From Pseudomonadota bacterium (GTDB lineage: Archaea > Thermoplasmatota > SW-10-69-26 > JACQPN01 > JAJPHT01), in the NCBI GenBank assembly GCA_021325135.1, contig JAJPHT010000015.1, positions 128,001 through 192,000 of the forward strand: 64,000 nt of DNA. The letters run 5' to 3'. The notes beneath the pieces are model-generated. The model saw nothing but the letters and a program-made list of their open reading frames with translations, was not told the DNA's origin and ran no database searches. The translations under genes and the position numbers were made by a program. Within the stretch, counting starts at the first letter, position 1. Each line of letters begins with the position of its first letter. This document shows, one piece after another, positions 9,711-19,019 of this stretch.

Positions 9711-9824
9711 ATGCACCCCGACGTGCCCTCCTCGACGCTGGCCGGCTTCTCGAACATGACGGGCATCCTGGCCTTCCTGGCCACCAAGGACACCAGCATG
9801 GGCGGCGCGTACCTCGTCCGCTGA
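9711..9824 (+). CDS. Small ORF, 37 aa (MHPDVPSSTLAGFSNMTGILAFLATKDTSMGGAYLVR)
   Basis: GGAGGG SD, TTCAAC box at about 9670, and G/C at essentially every third codon position. Confidence 0.65.
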   Translation: MHPDVPSSTLAGFSNMTGILAFLATKDTSMGGAYLVR

Positions 9825-10094
9825 ACTCCCCTTCACAAGCAGCATCGGTTGGTCCCCGGCTGCGGATTGGGGTTCGCTCCCCTCCGCGGTCGTGCCGCGC
9901 GCCTTGCATCCCGCGCGGCCAGGTTCGCAAGATCGGTCCCAGTCCCCGTCTGCGGTTCGCTCCGCGACGGGGCTCCTCCGCGCGCCTTCGTGAGGCTGAG
10001 CGTGTGGGCCGTCCCACTGCGGTCGGACGTTTTTTCCTTTTCTTGCGGCGATCCCGGGAGAGCCTTCTTCTGCCAAGGCCACCCTGGGCCGGAC

Positions 10095-12389
10095 GTGGCC
10101 AAGCGGAAGGGCGACGAGCTGGCAGCCGAGGAGAGCCCCTTCAAGCCCCTCAGCGCGCCCTCCGCTCCGGTCCCGCCCCCCGCGCCCGAGCCCTCCGCCG
10201 CGCCCGTGGCCATGGTCCCCCTGGAAAGCATCCCCGGCATCGACCCGCGCATCCCCCCCGCGCTGCGCGCCAACGGCTACGGCGACCTCTGGCCCAGCCA
10301 GCAGGAGGCGGCGCCCCTGGCGGTCGCGGGGAAGAACCTCGTCCTCGCCGTGCCCACGGCCTCCGGCAAGAGCCTCGTCGCGTACCTCGCCCTCCTCTCC
10401 AAGGCGCTCAAGGGCGCGCACGGCCTCTACCTCGTGCCGCTGCGCGCGCTGGCCTCCGAGAAGTACGAGGACCTCAAGGCGCTGGGCGCCGCGCTGGGCC
10501 TGCGCGTCGCCATCGCCACGGGCGACCTGGACGCCGAGGACCCGCAGCTCGCGCGTTTTGATATCGTGGTCGCCACCTCGGAGAAGGCCGACGCGCTCCT
10601 GCGCCACAAGGCGCAATGGCTCACCAACATGGGCTGCATCGTCGCGGACGAGGTGCACCTCATGGGCGACCCCGGCCGCGGCCCCACGCTGGAGGTGCTG
10701 CTGGCGCGCTTCAAGCAGCTCAACCCCTCGGCGCAGATCGTGGCGCTCTCGGCGACCATCCAGAACTCGCGCCAGATCGCCGAGTGGCTGGGCGCCGCGC
10801 ACGTGAAGACCGAGTGGCGCCCCGTGCAGCTTCGCGAGGGCATCCTCTACGGCGAGGCCATCACGTTCACCGACGGCGAGCGCCAGAAGGTGGAGAGCGG
10901 CCTGGAGGACGCGAGCCTCGCCCTCACCGAGGACTCCGTGCGCAAGGGGGGCAGCGTCATCGTGTTCGTCTCCACGCGCAAGAGCACCGAGGCGCTGGCC
11001 GAGAAGCTCGTGGCCGCGACGCGCGGCTCGCTCACCGACGCCAACAAGGCGGCGCTCGCCGAGGCCACCGCGTCGCTCAAGGGCAGCGACGAGACCAGCG
11101 TCGAGAAGCGGCTCGCCAAGTGCATGATGGGCGGCGCCGCCTTCCACCACGCGGGCCTGCGCAACGCCGAGCGCGGCCTCGTGGAGCGCCTCTTCAAGGC
11201 GGGCCACCTCAAGGCCCTCAGCGCGACGCCCACCCTCGCCGCGGGCGTCAACCTCCCGGCGCGCCGCGTCGTCGTCCGCGACCTCTTCCGCTACGACGTG
11301 AACAGCGGCAACGTGGCCATCCCCGTGCTGGAGTACAAGCAGATGGCCGGCCGCGCCGGGCGCCCGCGCTACGACAAGGTGGGCGAGGCCATCACCATCG
11401 CGAAGACGCACGACCAGCGCGGCGAGATCAGCGCGTCGTTCCTTTTCGCGGACCCCGAGCGGATCGAGAGCAAGCTGGGCACCGAGAACGCGCTGCGCAC
11501 GCACGTCCTCTCCAGCATCGCGTCCGAGTTCGTGGGCGACGAGGCCGAGCTTGACGCCTTCATGAAGGCGACCTTCTACGCGCACACGTCCGACACCTGG
11601 GTGCTCAAGGAGCGCACGACGCGCGTCATCGACTTCCTGCTGGAGAACGAGCTGATCACGGCCCAGGGCGACGCGTTCCAGGCGACGCGCTTCGGCAAGC
11701 GCGTGAGCGAGCTTTACGTCGACCCCAAGAGCGCGGTGCAGATCCGCGCCGGCCTCGCGCGCGTGGGCGAGGCGCGCCTCACGCCCATGAGCTTCCTGCA
11801 CCTCATCGCGTCCACGCCCGACATGATCCCGCTCTACCTGCGCAAGGGGGACGAGTGGCTGGCGGGCGTCGCCATGGAGCGCGAGGCGGAAATCCTCGTC
11901 CCGCAGAAGCACGGCGCGGACTACGAGTTCTTCCTGGCGGAGCTGAAGACCGCCTCGCTCCTCCACGACTGGATCGAGGAGGCGCCCGAGGAGGAGATGC
12001 TCAAGAAGTACGGCGCGTACCCCGGCGACGTCGCCAGCAAGGTGGAGACCGCGCGCTGGCTCCTCTACGCCACCGAGGAGATCGCGCGCATCTTCCAGAA
12101 GGAGGCCACCAAGCCCGTCACGCAATTGGCGGCGCGCGTGCAGCACGGCGCCCGCGCGGAGCTGCTGCCCCTCCTGGAGCTTCGCGGCGTGGGCCGCTGG
12201 CGCGCCCGGCAGCTCTGGCGCGCGGGCTATCATTCCCGGGACCTGCTCGCGCAGGCCTCCTTCGCGGACCTCACCCGCGTGCAGGGCATCGGCCCCGGCG
12301 TCGCCGCGAGCATCCTCAAGGAGCTTGGCCGCGACCCCGAGGCGGAGGCGCCTGCGCCGCGCAGCGGGCAGCAGACGTTGTGGGAGTAG
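10095..12389 (+). CDS. hel308: Ski2-like SF2 helicase Hel308
   Basis: Motifs PTASGKS, DEVH, LSATI, TPTLAAGVNLPAR, QMAGRAGRP and C-terminal HhH. Start is GTG 10095 or ATG 10212. Confidence 0.93.
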   Translation: MAKRKGDELAAEESPFKPLSAPSAPVPPPAPEPSAAPVAMVPLESIPGIDPRIPPALRANGYGDLWPSQQEAAPLAVAGKNLVLAVPTASGKSLVAYLALLSKALKGAHGLYLVPLRALASEKYEDLKALGAALGLRVAIATGDLDAEDPQLARFDIVVATSEKADALLRHKAQWLTNMGCIVADEVHLMGDPGRGPTLEVLLARFKQLNPSAQIVALSATIQNSRQIAEWLGAAHVKTEWRPVQLREGILYGEAITFTDGERQKVESGLEDASLALTEDSVRKGGSVIVFVSTRKSTEALAEKLVAATRGSLTDANKAALAEATASLKGSDETSVEKRLAKCMMGGAAFHHAGLRNAERGLVERLFKAGHLKALSATPTLAAGVNLPARRVVVRDLFRYDVNSGNVAIPVLEYKQMAGRAGRPRYDKVGEAITIAKTHDQRGEISASFLFADPERIESKLGTENALRTHVLSSIASEFVGDEAELDAFMKATFYAHTSDTWVLKERTTRVIDFLLENELITAQGDAFQATRFGKRVSELYVDPKSAVQIRAGLARVGEARLTPMSFLHLIASTPDMIPLYLRKGDEWLAGVAMEREAEILVPQKHGADYEFFLAELKTASLLHDWIEEAPEEEMLKKYGAYPGDVASKVETARWLLYATEEIARIFQKEATKPVTQLAARVQHGARAELLPLLELRGVGRWRARQLWRAGYHSRDLLAQASFADLTRVQGIGPGVAASILKELGRDPEAEAPAPRSGQQTLWE

Positions 12390-12394
12390 ACGCC

Positions 12395-12874
12395 ATGGCG
12401 GAGCCCGCGATCCACGCCTACCGGGGCCGCGTCGACGACGTGAAGGCCCTGCTCGCGCGCATCCCCAAGGGGGTCCAGCTCCTGCGCGCCGACCGCGTGT
12501 ACGGGCCCGACCACCTGCGCCTCGCCGCGAGGCTCGCCGCGCGTGCGGTGGCCGAGGGGCGCGCCCGCAGCGCAGACCTGCCCACCGAGACGCTGCTCTA
12601 CGCGGCGGGCGAGCGGCAGGTGGGCAAGGCCATCGCGTTCCTGGGCCTGCACGCGGGCGTCGTCGCCATCGCGGCCGTGGCGTGGGACCGCGCGGCGCTG
12701 GACGCGCTGGCGCGGGCCGAAGGGTGGACGCGCGACGACGCGCTCCTCGCGGGCGGCCCCACGGTGCTCGACGCCTTCGGCGTCTCGCCGGAGGAGCGCG
12801 CGATGCTCCCGCCCTCGCGGTGGGACGAGCTGGTGCTGGAGCGCGTGGCGCTGACGGACGTGCTGAAGGCCTAG
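12395..12874 (+). CDS. cgi121: KEOPS complex subunit Cgi121
   Basis: QLLRADRVYGPDHL, ETLLYAAGERQVGKAI, LVLERVAL; lies directly after hel308. Confidence 0.85.
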   Translation: MAEPAIHAYRGRVDDVKALLARIPKGVQLLRADRVYGPDHLRLAARLAARAVAEGRARSADLPTETLLYAAGERQVGKAIAFLGLHAGVVAIAAVAWDRAALDALARAEGWTRDDALLAGGPTVLDAFGVSPEERAMLPPSRWDELVLERVALTDVLKA

Positions 12875-12965
12875 AGCCCGGTCGGCGGCGCCAAGAGCGG
12901 GGGTTCAGGGGACTATAGCCCTTGTGTGCCCATGCGGGACTCGTGACAGGCCCACATCGGGCCTG

Positions 12966-13415
12966 CTACGGGAGTCCGACCAACAAGGTTTCCAGCTTCA
13001 CGCGCCCCCCGACTCCGATCGGGCAACCCACCGCGCCGCTCGGGGGCGGGCCGGGATCAAACGTGATGCAGGGAAGGTTCGCGGTGAGCGCCAGGATTGC
13101 GGGTGATTCGACATTGCCGGTGATGGCTGAGACGGAGTAGCCAGCGAAGCCCGCGGACACCTCGGCCCGGGGCTCAGCGTTTCTGCTCACGGTGGCGAGG
13201 AGGGAGCGCGCGTTCGGGTCGTCATACCCATAAACCGCGTAGTAGTCCGGCGCTTGGGTGCCTGGGGTCCACTCCACCAGGGTTACATCCCCCGACTTGA
13301 CGGCGAAGGCGACGGCGGGCGTGGTGGGATCGGGGAGAAGGCCTGCGGCGGGGGAAGCTCCGACTGTGGCGAGGAGAAAGCCAAAGGCGAGGAGCAAACG
13401 CAAGCGTGCGGACAT
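12966..13415 (-). CDS. Secreted protein, fibronectin-III-like
   Basis: Signal peptide, then VEWTP...YYAVYG...YSVSAITGNVESP, an FN3-like pattern. Confidence 0.65.
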   Translation of the reverse strand: MSARLRLLLAFGFLLATVGASPAAGLLPDPTTPAVAFAVKSGDVTLVEWTPGTQAPDYYAVYGYDDPNARSLLATVSRNAEPRAEVSAGFAGYSVSAITGNVESPAILALTANLPCITFDPGPPPSGAVGCPIGVGGRVKLETLLVGLP

Positions 13416-13828
13416 GGCGAAGCCTCGACCAGAACCGGCACGAGGTCCCTTAACCCTGTTGTCCGCTCGGGGCCCTCTCGTCCTTGGAGGTGGGAAATAA
13501 CCTCCTGCTGATGATTGCCCAGCGCCGATTTTGTAGAGTTTTGTCGTGAAACTCGGGACCCCGGAAGCTTCTGGCGCATAGGCTATACGTTACCCCTCGG
13601 TTCGTTACGGGACCGTCATGCGTTCTCTTGCGGGCAGGCTGGCCGCTGGATTTCCCGCCGGGCGCGACAGCGGCAGGAAGCTCCACGTGGGGTCATTGAA
13701 GAAATTCGCTGTCGGCTAACTTGCTGCGCCGAAGCTGTTATCGTCTCAGAAGATATCAGGGGCCGGGGAACCGGCTGTTGGTCGCGGCATGGCCGCGATG
13801 TTGCAGGTTTTCCACAGGTGAACCAACC

Positions 13829-14959
13829 ATGAATCAGACACGCAGGATCGGCGGCGCCTTGTTCGCTGCCTCGTTGTTCGTCGTCCTGGCTCCCTTCGCG
13901 GAGGCCATGGACTCGAACGCCACGCCCTCGCCCATCTCCTGGGTCCCCGACGCGCACACAGGCTTCGATTGGGCCGCGATGCCCAACGACACCCACGTTG
14001 TCGTGGACGCCATCCACGCGCAGAACCGCGTGGACCTGACGGGGATCAGCACGCCTTTTCTCGATGTGGAGGTTACCGGGCTCGCGTCGGAGGAACCTCT
14101 GCAAGTCACGGACACGGTGGACGGAACGGCCTATCGCGACTATGCCTATCCCACCGGGCACGCGATCTTCTGGCACATCCCCGCAGCACCGGGGGCTCTC
14201 GTGCTTCGTGACCCATCCGACGGAGTCGTGCTCACCACCGTGACGCTCACCCAGGAATCCGTCCATCTCCAGATGGCGGGCGGCGGAGGCTCCGTTCAGT
14301 ACCAACCCAATCCGCCCTGCGGAAGCTGCGGGCGCGTGCCGCAATACACGGGCAGCGATCCTGACGCGCAAACGTGGGTGACGCTTAACGGCGCAGATTC
14401 GTTCTCCTCGGATGTCACGATTTCGGTAACGACCGGCTGGAAGCACACGAACGTTTTCGTGGCGTCCGGCAACTACGGGGGCGGGCTATCGGCCAGCGGC
14501 AGCAAGAACTACCAATGGACGGAAGGCGCCAACGTCTTCATCCAGTCCAACGGCGCCGGGCAGGTCGGCCAAATCCTCGTCTGGGTCCGGAAGGACCATT
14601 ACGACGACGGCTCCTCCGACGTTTATGCAGTCAGTCCAGCCCGCGGCTACGGGAGCGTTGGGTGGAACTGGAATCCTACCCACGCGGGCCACACCTACCG
14701 CCTCCAGAACAGCCAAACCAACGGCGCCCAGGGCTTCGCTCTCACGGAGTCACACTCTGGCGGAGTCACTTGGAGTGGCGGCTGGAGCTACGGCGGGTTC
14801 ACGGGGAGCGCCGCCACGACTTCCACGACGGACAACAACGCGGTGGTCACGTTCACCTTCAAGGCCAACGACAACGCGCTACACACCTACACGTACAACG
14901 TGGTCAGCGGCGACGGCGCTGCAAACGGCATGGTCGGTTACGCCTGGAAGGAAAGCTGA
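13829..14959 (+). CDS. Secreted beta-rich protein (376 aa) with CxxC and Ser/Thr/Gly-rich C-terminal half
   Basis: AGGTGA SD and signal peptide MNQTRRIGG...AEA. Confidence 0.8.
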   Translation: MNQTRRIGGALFAASLFVVLAPFAEAMDSNATPSPISWVPDAHTGFDWAAMPNDTHVVVDAIHAQNRVDLTGISTPFLDVEVTGLASEEPLQVTDTVDGTAYRDYAYPTGHAIFWHIPAAPGALVLRDPSDGVVLTTVTLTQESVHLQMAGGGGSVQYQPNPPCGSCGRVPQYTGSDPDAQTWVTLNGADSFSSDVTISVTTGWKHTNVFVASGNYGGGLSASGSKNYQWTEGANVFIQSNGAGQVGQILVWVRKDHYDDGSSDVYAVSPARGYGSVGWNWNPTHAGHTYRLQNSQTNGAQGFALTESHSGGVTWSGGWSYGGFTGSAATTSTTDNNAVVTFTFKANDNALHTYTYNVVSGDGAANGMVGYAWKES

Positions 14960-14965
14960 ATCGCC

Positions 14966-15760
14966 ATGACACGCAGCACCCCCCTGCTCCTCCTCATCTC
15001 CATTTCCCTCTCACCCCTGAGCGGATGCACGTCCAGCGGGTCGCAGCCCTCAGACTCCACAGCGCGTCCTGTCGCGGCAATCCCGATGCCCCGCTTCGAC
15101 GGAATCATCACGCCCCAAGAATGGGACGACGCCACGCGCCTCAACGGCACGTTCACCATCCACGACGGCGGCAAGGCGGATGGGTCCTACCCGTTCAACC
15201 TTTGGATGGGTGCTACGCAAGATGCGCTGCTCCTCGCCATCAAGGTCTACAACGGGACGCCCAATCCCTTCAACACCCCGAACGCCACCTGGGCCGATCA
15301 TGTCGATTTCTTCTTCAGCATGAACGGCACAGGAAATCTTACTCCGCCTTCATTCGATATCACAGCGGCGACCTATCCCGGGTCTTCCTTCATCGACCGC
15401 GCGTTTTGGAACGGGCATGAATGGGAAACGGATCCGGATGATGATGGAGTTGCATTGAAGAATGGACAGCCCACCGGAGGAACGTGGGCCATCGCGCATT
15501 CAGACCCCGGCACAACATCTTTTGAAGTCTATACTCCTCGCTATCCAGCGCACGCGATTCGAAATGGACTCCGGCTTCCCGCTGGGGCCGAGTTTCATAT
15601 GGCCTTCTCTTACATGAGACAAGGCGATATCGACCCCGGTTCTATAAGTCCAGACGCGAGGGGAGACTTCAGGTGGCCGCACAGCGTCTTTCCGGGCGAC
15701 GGTTACAACCCATTTGGTATGTACCATCCTCAAGAGTGGCTAACCTTCAAGATGAGGTAG
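14966..15760 (+). CDS. Lipoprotein, possible DOMON/CBM9-like domain
   Basis: Lipobox LSGC and motif PRFDGIITPQEWDDA. Confidence 0.75.
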   Translation: MTRSTPLLLLISISLSPLSGCTSSGSQPSDSTARPVAAIPMPRFDGIITPQEWDDATRLNGTFTIHDGGKADGSYPFNLWMGATQDALLLAIKVYNGTPNPFNTPNATWADHVDFFFSMNGTGNLTPPSFDITAATYPGSSFIDRAFWNGHEWETDPDDDGVALKNGQPTGGTWAIAHSDPGTTSFEVYTPRYPAHAIRNGLRLPAGAEFHMAFSYMRQGDIDPGSISPDARGDFRWPHSVFPGDGYNPFGMYHPQEWLTFKMR

Positions 15761-15917
15761 ACTCGGGTGCGCGACTCGTCCCGATCCCTAAGGGCGGTTC
15801 CTGCGCTGCCGCGCGCCAGTTTGCACAGCTCGCCGCGGACCCGGCGGACCATTGGGACCGGCACCAGGCGCCCGGCCCGGAAAATCTCTCTCCTTGCATC
15901 TCTCCTCTTTCTTTGAT

Positions 15918-15980
15918 TCATGGGGCGGGCTCAGCGGCGGCTGCGGCGGGGACGACGGCGAGGAGGAGGATGGCTCTCAT
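15918..15980 (-). pseudogene. Signal-peptide-only gene remnant (MRAILLLAVVPAAAAAEPAP)
   Basis: Manual translation; the ORF stops where the lower-GC region begins. Confidence 0.35.
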
Positions 15981-16029
15981 GGCGAGCCCGCAGCGGCGCG
16001 CGGCGTCTTGGCCTTGGCGCCTGCGCGCC

Positions 16030-17073
16030 TCAGACCCCGAACGAGTCCACGGTCGACCCGTCCGGAGCCAGCGCCTTGGCCTGCGCGCCCTGCTCCGTGA
16101 AGTCGACGAGGAGAAGCTCGTGCCCCTCGTGCCGCACCGCGCTCCACGAAGGGGGCGAGGTCTGGAAGTCGTCGTAGAGCGCCGCGCCGCCTCCGCCCGT
16201 GACGACGTAGGTCACGCCCTCGATGGCGCTCGTGCGCTCGTAGTTGTGCTCGTGGCCGGCCACGGCGAGCTTGACGCCGTGCCGCGCGAAGATGGGCGTG
16301 AACGCGTCCCGCGCCGCGGCGAGGCTTCCGTGCGTCTTGCCGCTGGAGTACCACGGGTGGTGCTCGACGGGCACAATCCAGCGCGCGCCCGCGGCCTGCG
16401 CGGCGCCGAGGTCCTGGTCGAGCCAGCGCGCCTGCGAGTCGGAGACCGCGTTGCTGTCGAGGACCACGACGTGCACGGGGCCCGCGTCGAAGCTGTAGTA
16501 CGTCGCGCCGCCGCGCAGGCTCTCCATCTGCGCGACGTCCAGCGGCGTGGAGACGTCGTGGTTGCCCGTCGCGTAGGCGATGGGGACGCCGGGAAGCGCC
16601 GTCGCGACGAGATCCATCCAGTGGTCCCAGCGGCGCTCGTCTCCGTCGGCGTACGCGACGTCGCCCACGTGGACCACGAGGTCCGGCTTCTGCGCGGCCG
16701 CCTCGGCGAGCACGCGCTCCGCGTCGGGGCCTTCGCCCGTGTCGCCCACGAAGACGACGCGGAGGTGGTCCGCCGCGGGCACGTGGAGCGTCGCGCCGCC
16801 CACGTCGACCGCGGAGCCGGGCGCCAGGTCGCGCAGCGCGTCGCGTTGCACGGCCTCGCGCTCCAGCCACGGGAACCCGGGCGTGGCGACCCAGCGGACC
16901 GTGGTCCCGCCCGCGATGCCGCCCGCGCGATGCACGACCGCGAAGTTGTCGTGGCCCGGCGCGACGACCACCTGGGGGATCGCGGGCTCGTCGCCGTGGA
17001 ACGCGACCACGAGGGGCGCGGCAACCGCGATGACCACGAGCACGACGGCGAGCGCGAGCCAGGAGCGGCGCAC
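16030..17073 (-). CDS. Metallophosphoesterase (purple acid phosphatase-like), exported
   Basis: Motifs GDTG, GDVAY, GNHD, HHPWYSS and GHEHNYER. Confidence 0.9.
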   Translation of the reverse strand: MRRSWLALAVVLVVIAVAAPLVVAFHGDEPAIPQVVVAPGHDNFAVVHRAGGIAGGTTVRWVATPGFPWLEREAVQRDALRDLAPGSAVDVGGATLHVPAADHLRVVFVGDTGEGPDAERVLAEAAAQKPDLVVHVGDVAYADGDERRWDHWMDLVATALPGVPIAYATGNHDVSTPLDVAQMESLRGGATYYSFDAGPVHVVVLDSNAVSDSQARWLDQDLGAAQAAGARWIVPVEHHPWYSSGKTHGSLAAARDAFTPIFARHGVKLAVAGHEHNYERTSAIEGVTYVVTGGGGAALYDDFQTSPPSWSAVRHEGHELLLVDFTEQGAQAKALAPDGSTVDSFGV

Positions 17074-17110
17074 GCCCCGGGGGCGGCCGGAGCGCGCTTC
17101 AACGTTCCTG

Positions 17111-18367
17111 CTACCGGGGGGCGCGGCGCAGCGCGGCCGCGAGGGCGACGCCCGCGAGCGCCGCCGCGAGCCCGAGGCCCGGGGCGGGGCGGCTCTCCTG
17201 GGGCGAGGCCGTCGCGGCGGAGGCCGGCGCCTGCGGCTCCACGCGCTCGGCGCGGAACGAGTCCAGCACGGAGCCGTCCTCCGCGATCGTCCGCGCCGCG
17301 ATCTCCTTCGTCGTGATGGTCAGCAGGACGAACTCGTACCCCGCGTCCCGCTTCGCGCTCCAGCCGGGCTGCTGCGCGTCGAAGTCGTCGGCGTAGAGCG
17401 ATTCGCCGCCGCCCCCGCTGTCCACGTAGACGATGCCCTGCCCCTCCCGCCACGAGGAGCCGCGCGTCGCGGGCGTGCCGTTGAGGAGCGGCCACGTGCG
17501 CTCGTAAGCATGCGCGTGGCCGTAGAGCACGACATCCGCGCCGCCGGCCTGAAGCGCGGGGACGAGGGAGGCGCGCGCCGCGACGTCGGAGCCCCCGTCG
17601 CGCAGGTTGGAGGAGTAGAGAGGCCGGTGGAAGTAGACGACCGTCCAGGCGGAGGGGCGCGCCGCCAGCGAGGCGTTGAGGAACGCCAATTGCGCCTCGG
17701 GGCTCGTGCCGGGCTTCAGGCCCGGGTCCTGGTGGTAGGCCTCGGTGTCCAGCGCGACGAAGCGCGCGGGCCCATCGTCGAACGCGTAGAACGCGGAGGC
17801 CCCGGAGGCGGGGAAGCGCGCGCGGTACTGCGCGACCTCCGAGGCGCACACGAATGGCATGTCCCCGCCGCAGTACGTCTCGTGGTTCCCCATGGCGGCC
17901 ATCATGGGCACGCGCGAGGCGAGGGGCTCCACGCGCGCGAGCCACTCATCCCACTTGGCGGCGTCGCCGTTGGCGTAGGACACGTCGCCGCCCACGAGGA
18001 CGAGGTCGGGCGAGGCGTTCGCCACGGCATCCAGCATGCGCCACGAGTCCGCGGTGCGGCCCACGTCGGCCAGGAACGCGACGCGCAGGGGCCCGTCCGC
18101 CGGGGGGCGCGGGGCGATCTCGAAGGAGCGCCCGTCGACCTCGTAGCGCGTCGCGGTGGCAGGCAGGCGCGCGACCCACTGCCCGTCGACGCCCGCGCCG
18201 ATCGCCGCCGCCTGCCCGCCGTCCCACCGGACCACAGGCGCGGGCGCGTCGGAGGCGAACGCGACAAGGTACGAGCCGCCGTCCCACGCGAGATGCACGC
18301 CCCGCGCTTCGGCCGCCGCGCCGGGGGCCAGGAGGGCGAGGAGCAGCAGGAGGAAGCCGATGCGCAC
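17111..18367 (-). CDS. Metallophosphoesterase (purple acid phosphatase-like) with C-terminal archaeal sorting-type anchor
   Basis: Motifs ADVG, GDVSY, GNHE and GHAHAYER; C-terminus PAPGLG-hydrophobic-RR; start GTG 18367. Confidence 0.9.
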   Translation of the reverse strand: MRIGFLLLLLALLAPGAAAEARGVHLAWDGGSYLVAFASDAPAPVVRWDGGQAAAIGAGVDGQWVARLPATATRYEVDGRSFEIAPRPPADGPLRVAFLADVGRTADSWRMLDAVANASPDLVLVGGDVSYANGDAAKWDEWLARVEPLASRVPMMAAMGNHETYCGGDMPFVCASEVAQYRARFPASGASAFYAFDDGPARFVALDTEAYHQDPGLKPGTSPEAQLAFLNASLAARPSAWTVVYFHRPLYSSNLRDGGSDVAARASLVPALQAGGADVVLYGHAHAYERTWPLLNGTPATRGSSWREGQGIVYVDSGGGGESLYADDFDAQQPGWSAKRDAGYEFVLLTITTKEIAARTIAEDGSVLDSFRAERVEPQAPASAATASPQESRPAPGLGLAAALAGVALAAALRRAPR

Positions 18368-18430
18368 GCCGCGCGGTGAGGCGCGGCTCGCTTCAAGCTC
18401 CCCGAACGGAGCGCGGAACTCTTGGCGTTC

Positions 18431-18567
18431 GGGGCAAAAGCGGGGGTTTCGGGGGGCGCAGCCCCCTGACGTTTTGGTCGTCTGCTGGAACGGGGCTTTC
18501 ACTTCAGGGGGCTTCGCCCCCTGAAACCCCCTCGGGTAGCGGCGCTGCGGCGCGGCCGAACGACGGC
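18431..18567. repeat. Palindromic REP/MITE-like element, copy 1
   Basis: Arms GGGGGTTTCGGGGGGCGCAGCCCCCTGA and TCAGGGGGCTTCGCCCCCTGAAACCCCC; homologous to copies at 23.5 kb and 54.0 kb. Confidence 0.85.
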
Positions 18568-18578
18568 TTTGAAAAGTT

Positions 18579-18938
18579 CTAGGCCCACGGATTGTCGCGC
18601 AGGAAGGCCTGGTACTCGGCCAGCAGGAAGGCGACCGCCTTGCGCCGCTGCTCGACGGTGGAAGGGTCGTCGTTGCCGCGCAGGTGCGAGAGGACGGCGT
18701 GGATCTCCGCAACGCGCTCGCCGCCGGGGGGCCGCTCGTGGGCCACGTCCTCGCTGTGGAAGAAGAAGTAGTTCCGCAGCTCCGCGTCGGACTTCACCTC
18801 GTCGTACGAGGCGGTGAGCAGGCGGGCGCGGATCTCGCGGCGCTCCGCCTCGGCCAAGTCCTCGTACCAGGCGATCCAGTCCCGGGCGGGCTCGCGGCGG
18901 CCGACCGAGCGCTGGACCTGGGTGGGCGTCGCCTGCAT
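18579..18938 (-). CDS. Hypothetical protein (119 aa)
   Basis: Clean ORF with host codon usage and a TATTTAA box upstream. Confidence 0.75.
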   Translation of the reverse strand: MQATPTQVQRSVGRREPARDWIAWYEDLAEAERREIRARLLTASYDEVKSDAELRNYFFFHSEDVAHERPPGGERVAEIHAVLSHLRGNDDPSTVEQRRKAVAFLLAEYQAFLRDNPWA

Positions 18939-19019
18939 GGAGCCCCGGTTTGCCTTCCCGCCTTAAATACCCGACGCGCGTGGCGAGCAGGCGGCGGGGG
19001 CCGGCGGGCCCTGGGGCCT

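Larger units (their letters stand above)
12875..15980. other. Lower-GC accessory island 1 (three exported proteins)
   Basis: Many A/T-ending codons compared with the flanks; long divergent intergenic region. Confidence 0.7.

Noticed and set aside
9860-9895. tRNA-like T-arm (GGGGTTCGCTCCCC)
   Set aside because: Loop is non-canonical and there is no acceptor, D or anticodon arm.
10095-12874. hel308-cgi121 linkage as a novelty
   Set aside because: This adjacency is already known in euryarchaeal genomes.
12875-15980. Prophage or integrative element
   Set aside because: No integrase, att-like direct repeats, tRNA target or virion genes were recognised.
18431-18567. CRISPR array interpretation of the repeats
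   Set aside because: Copies are dispersed palindromes, not regularly spaced repeats with spacers, and no cas genes are present.
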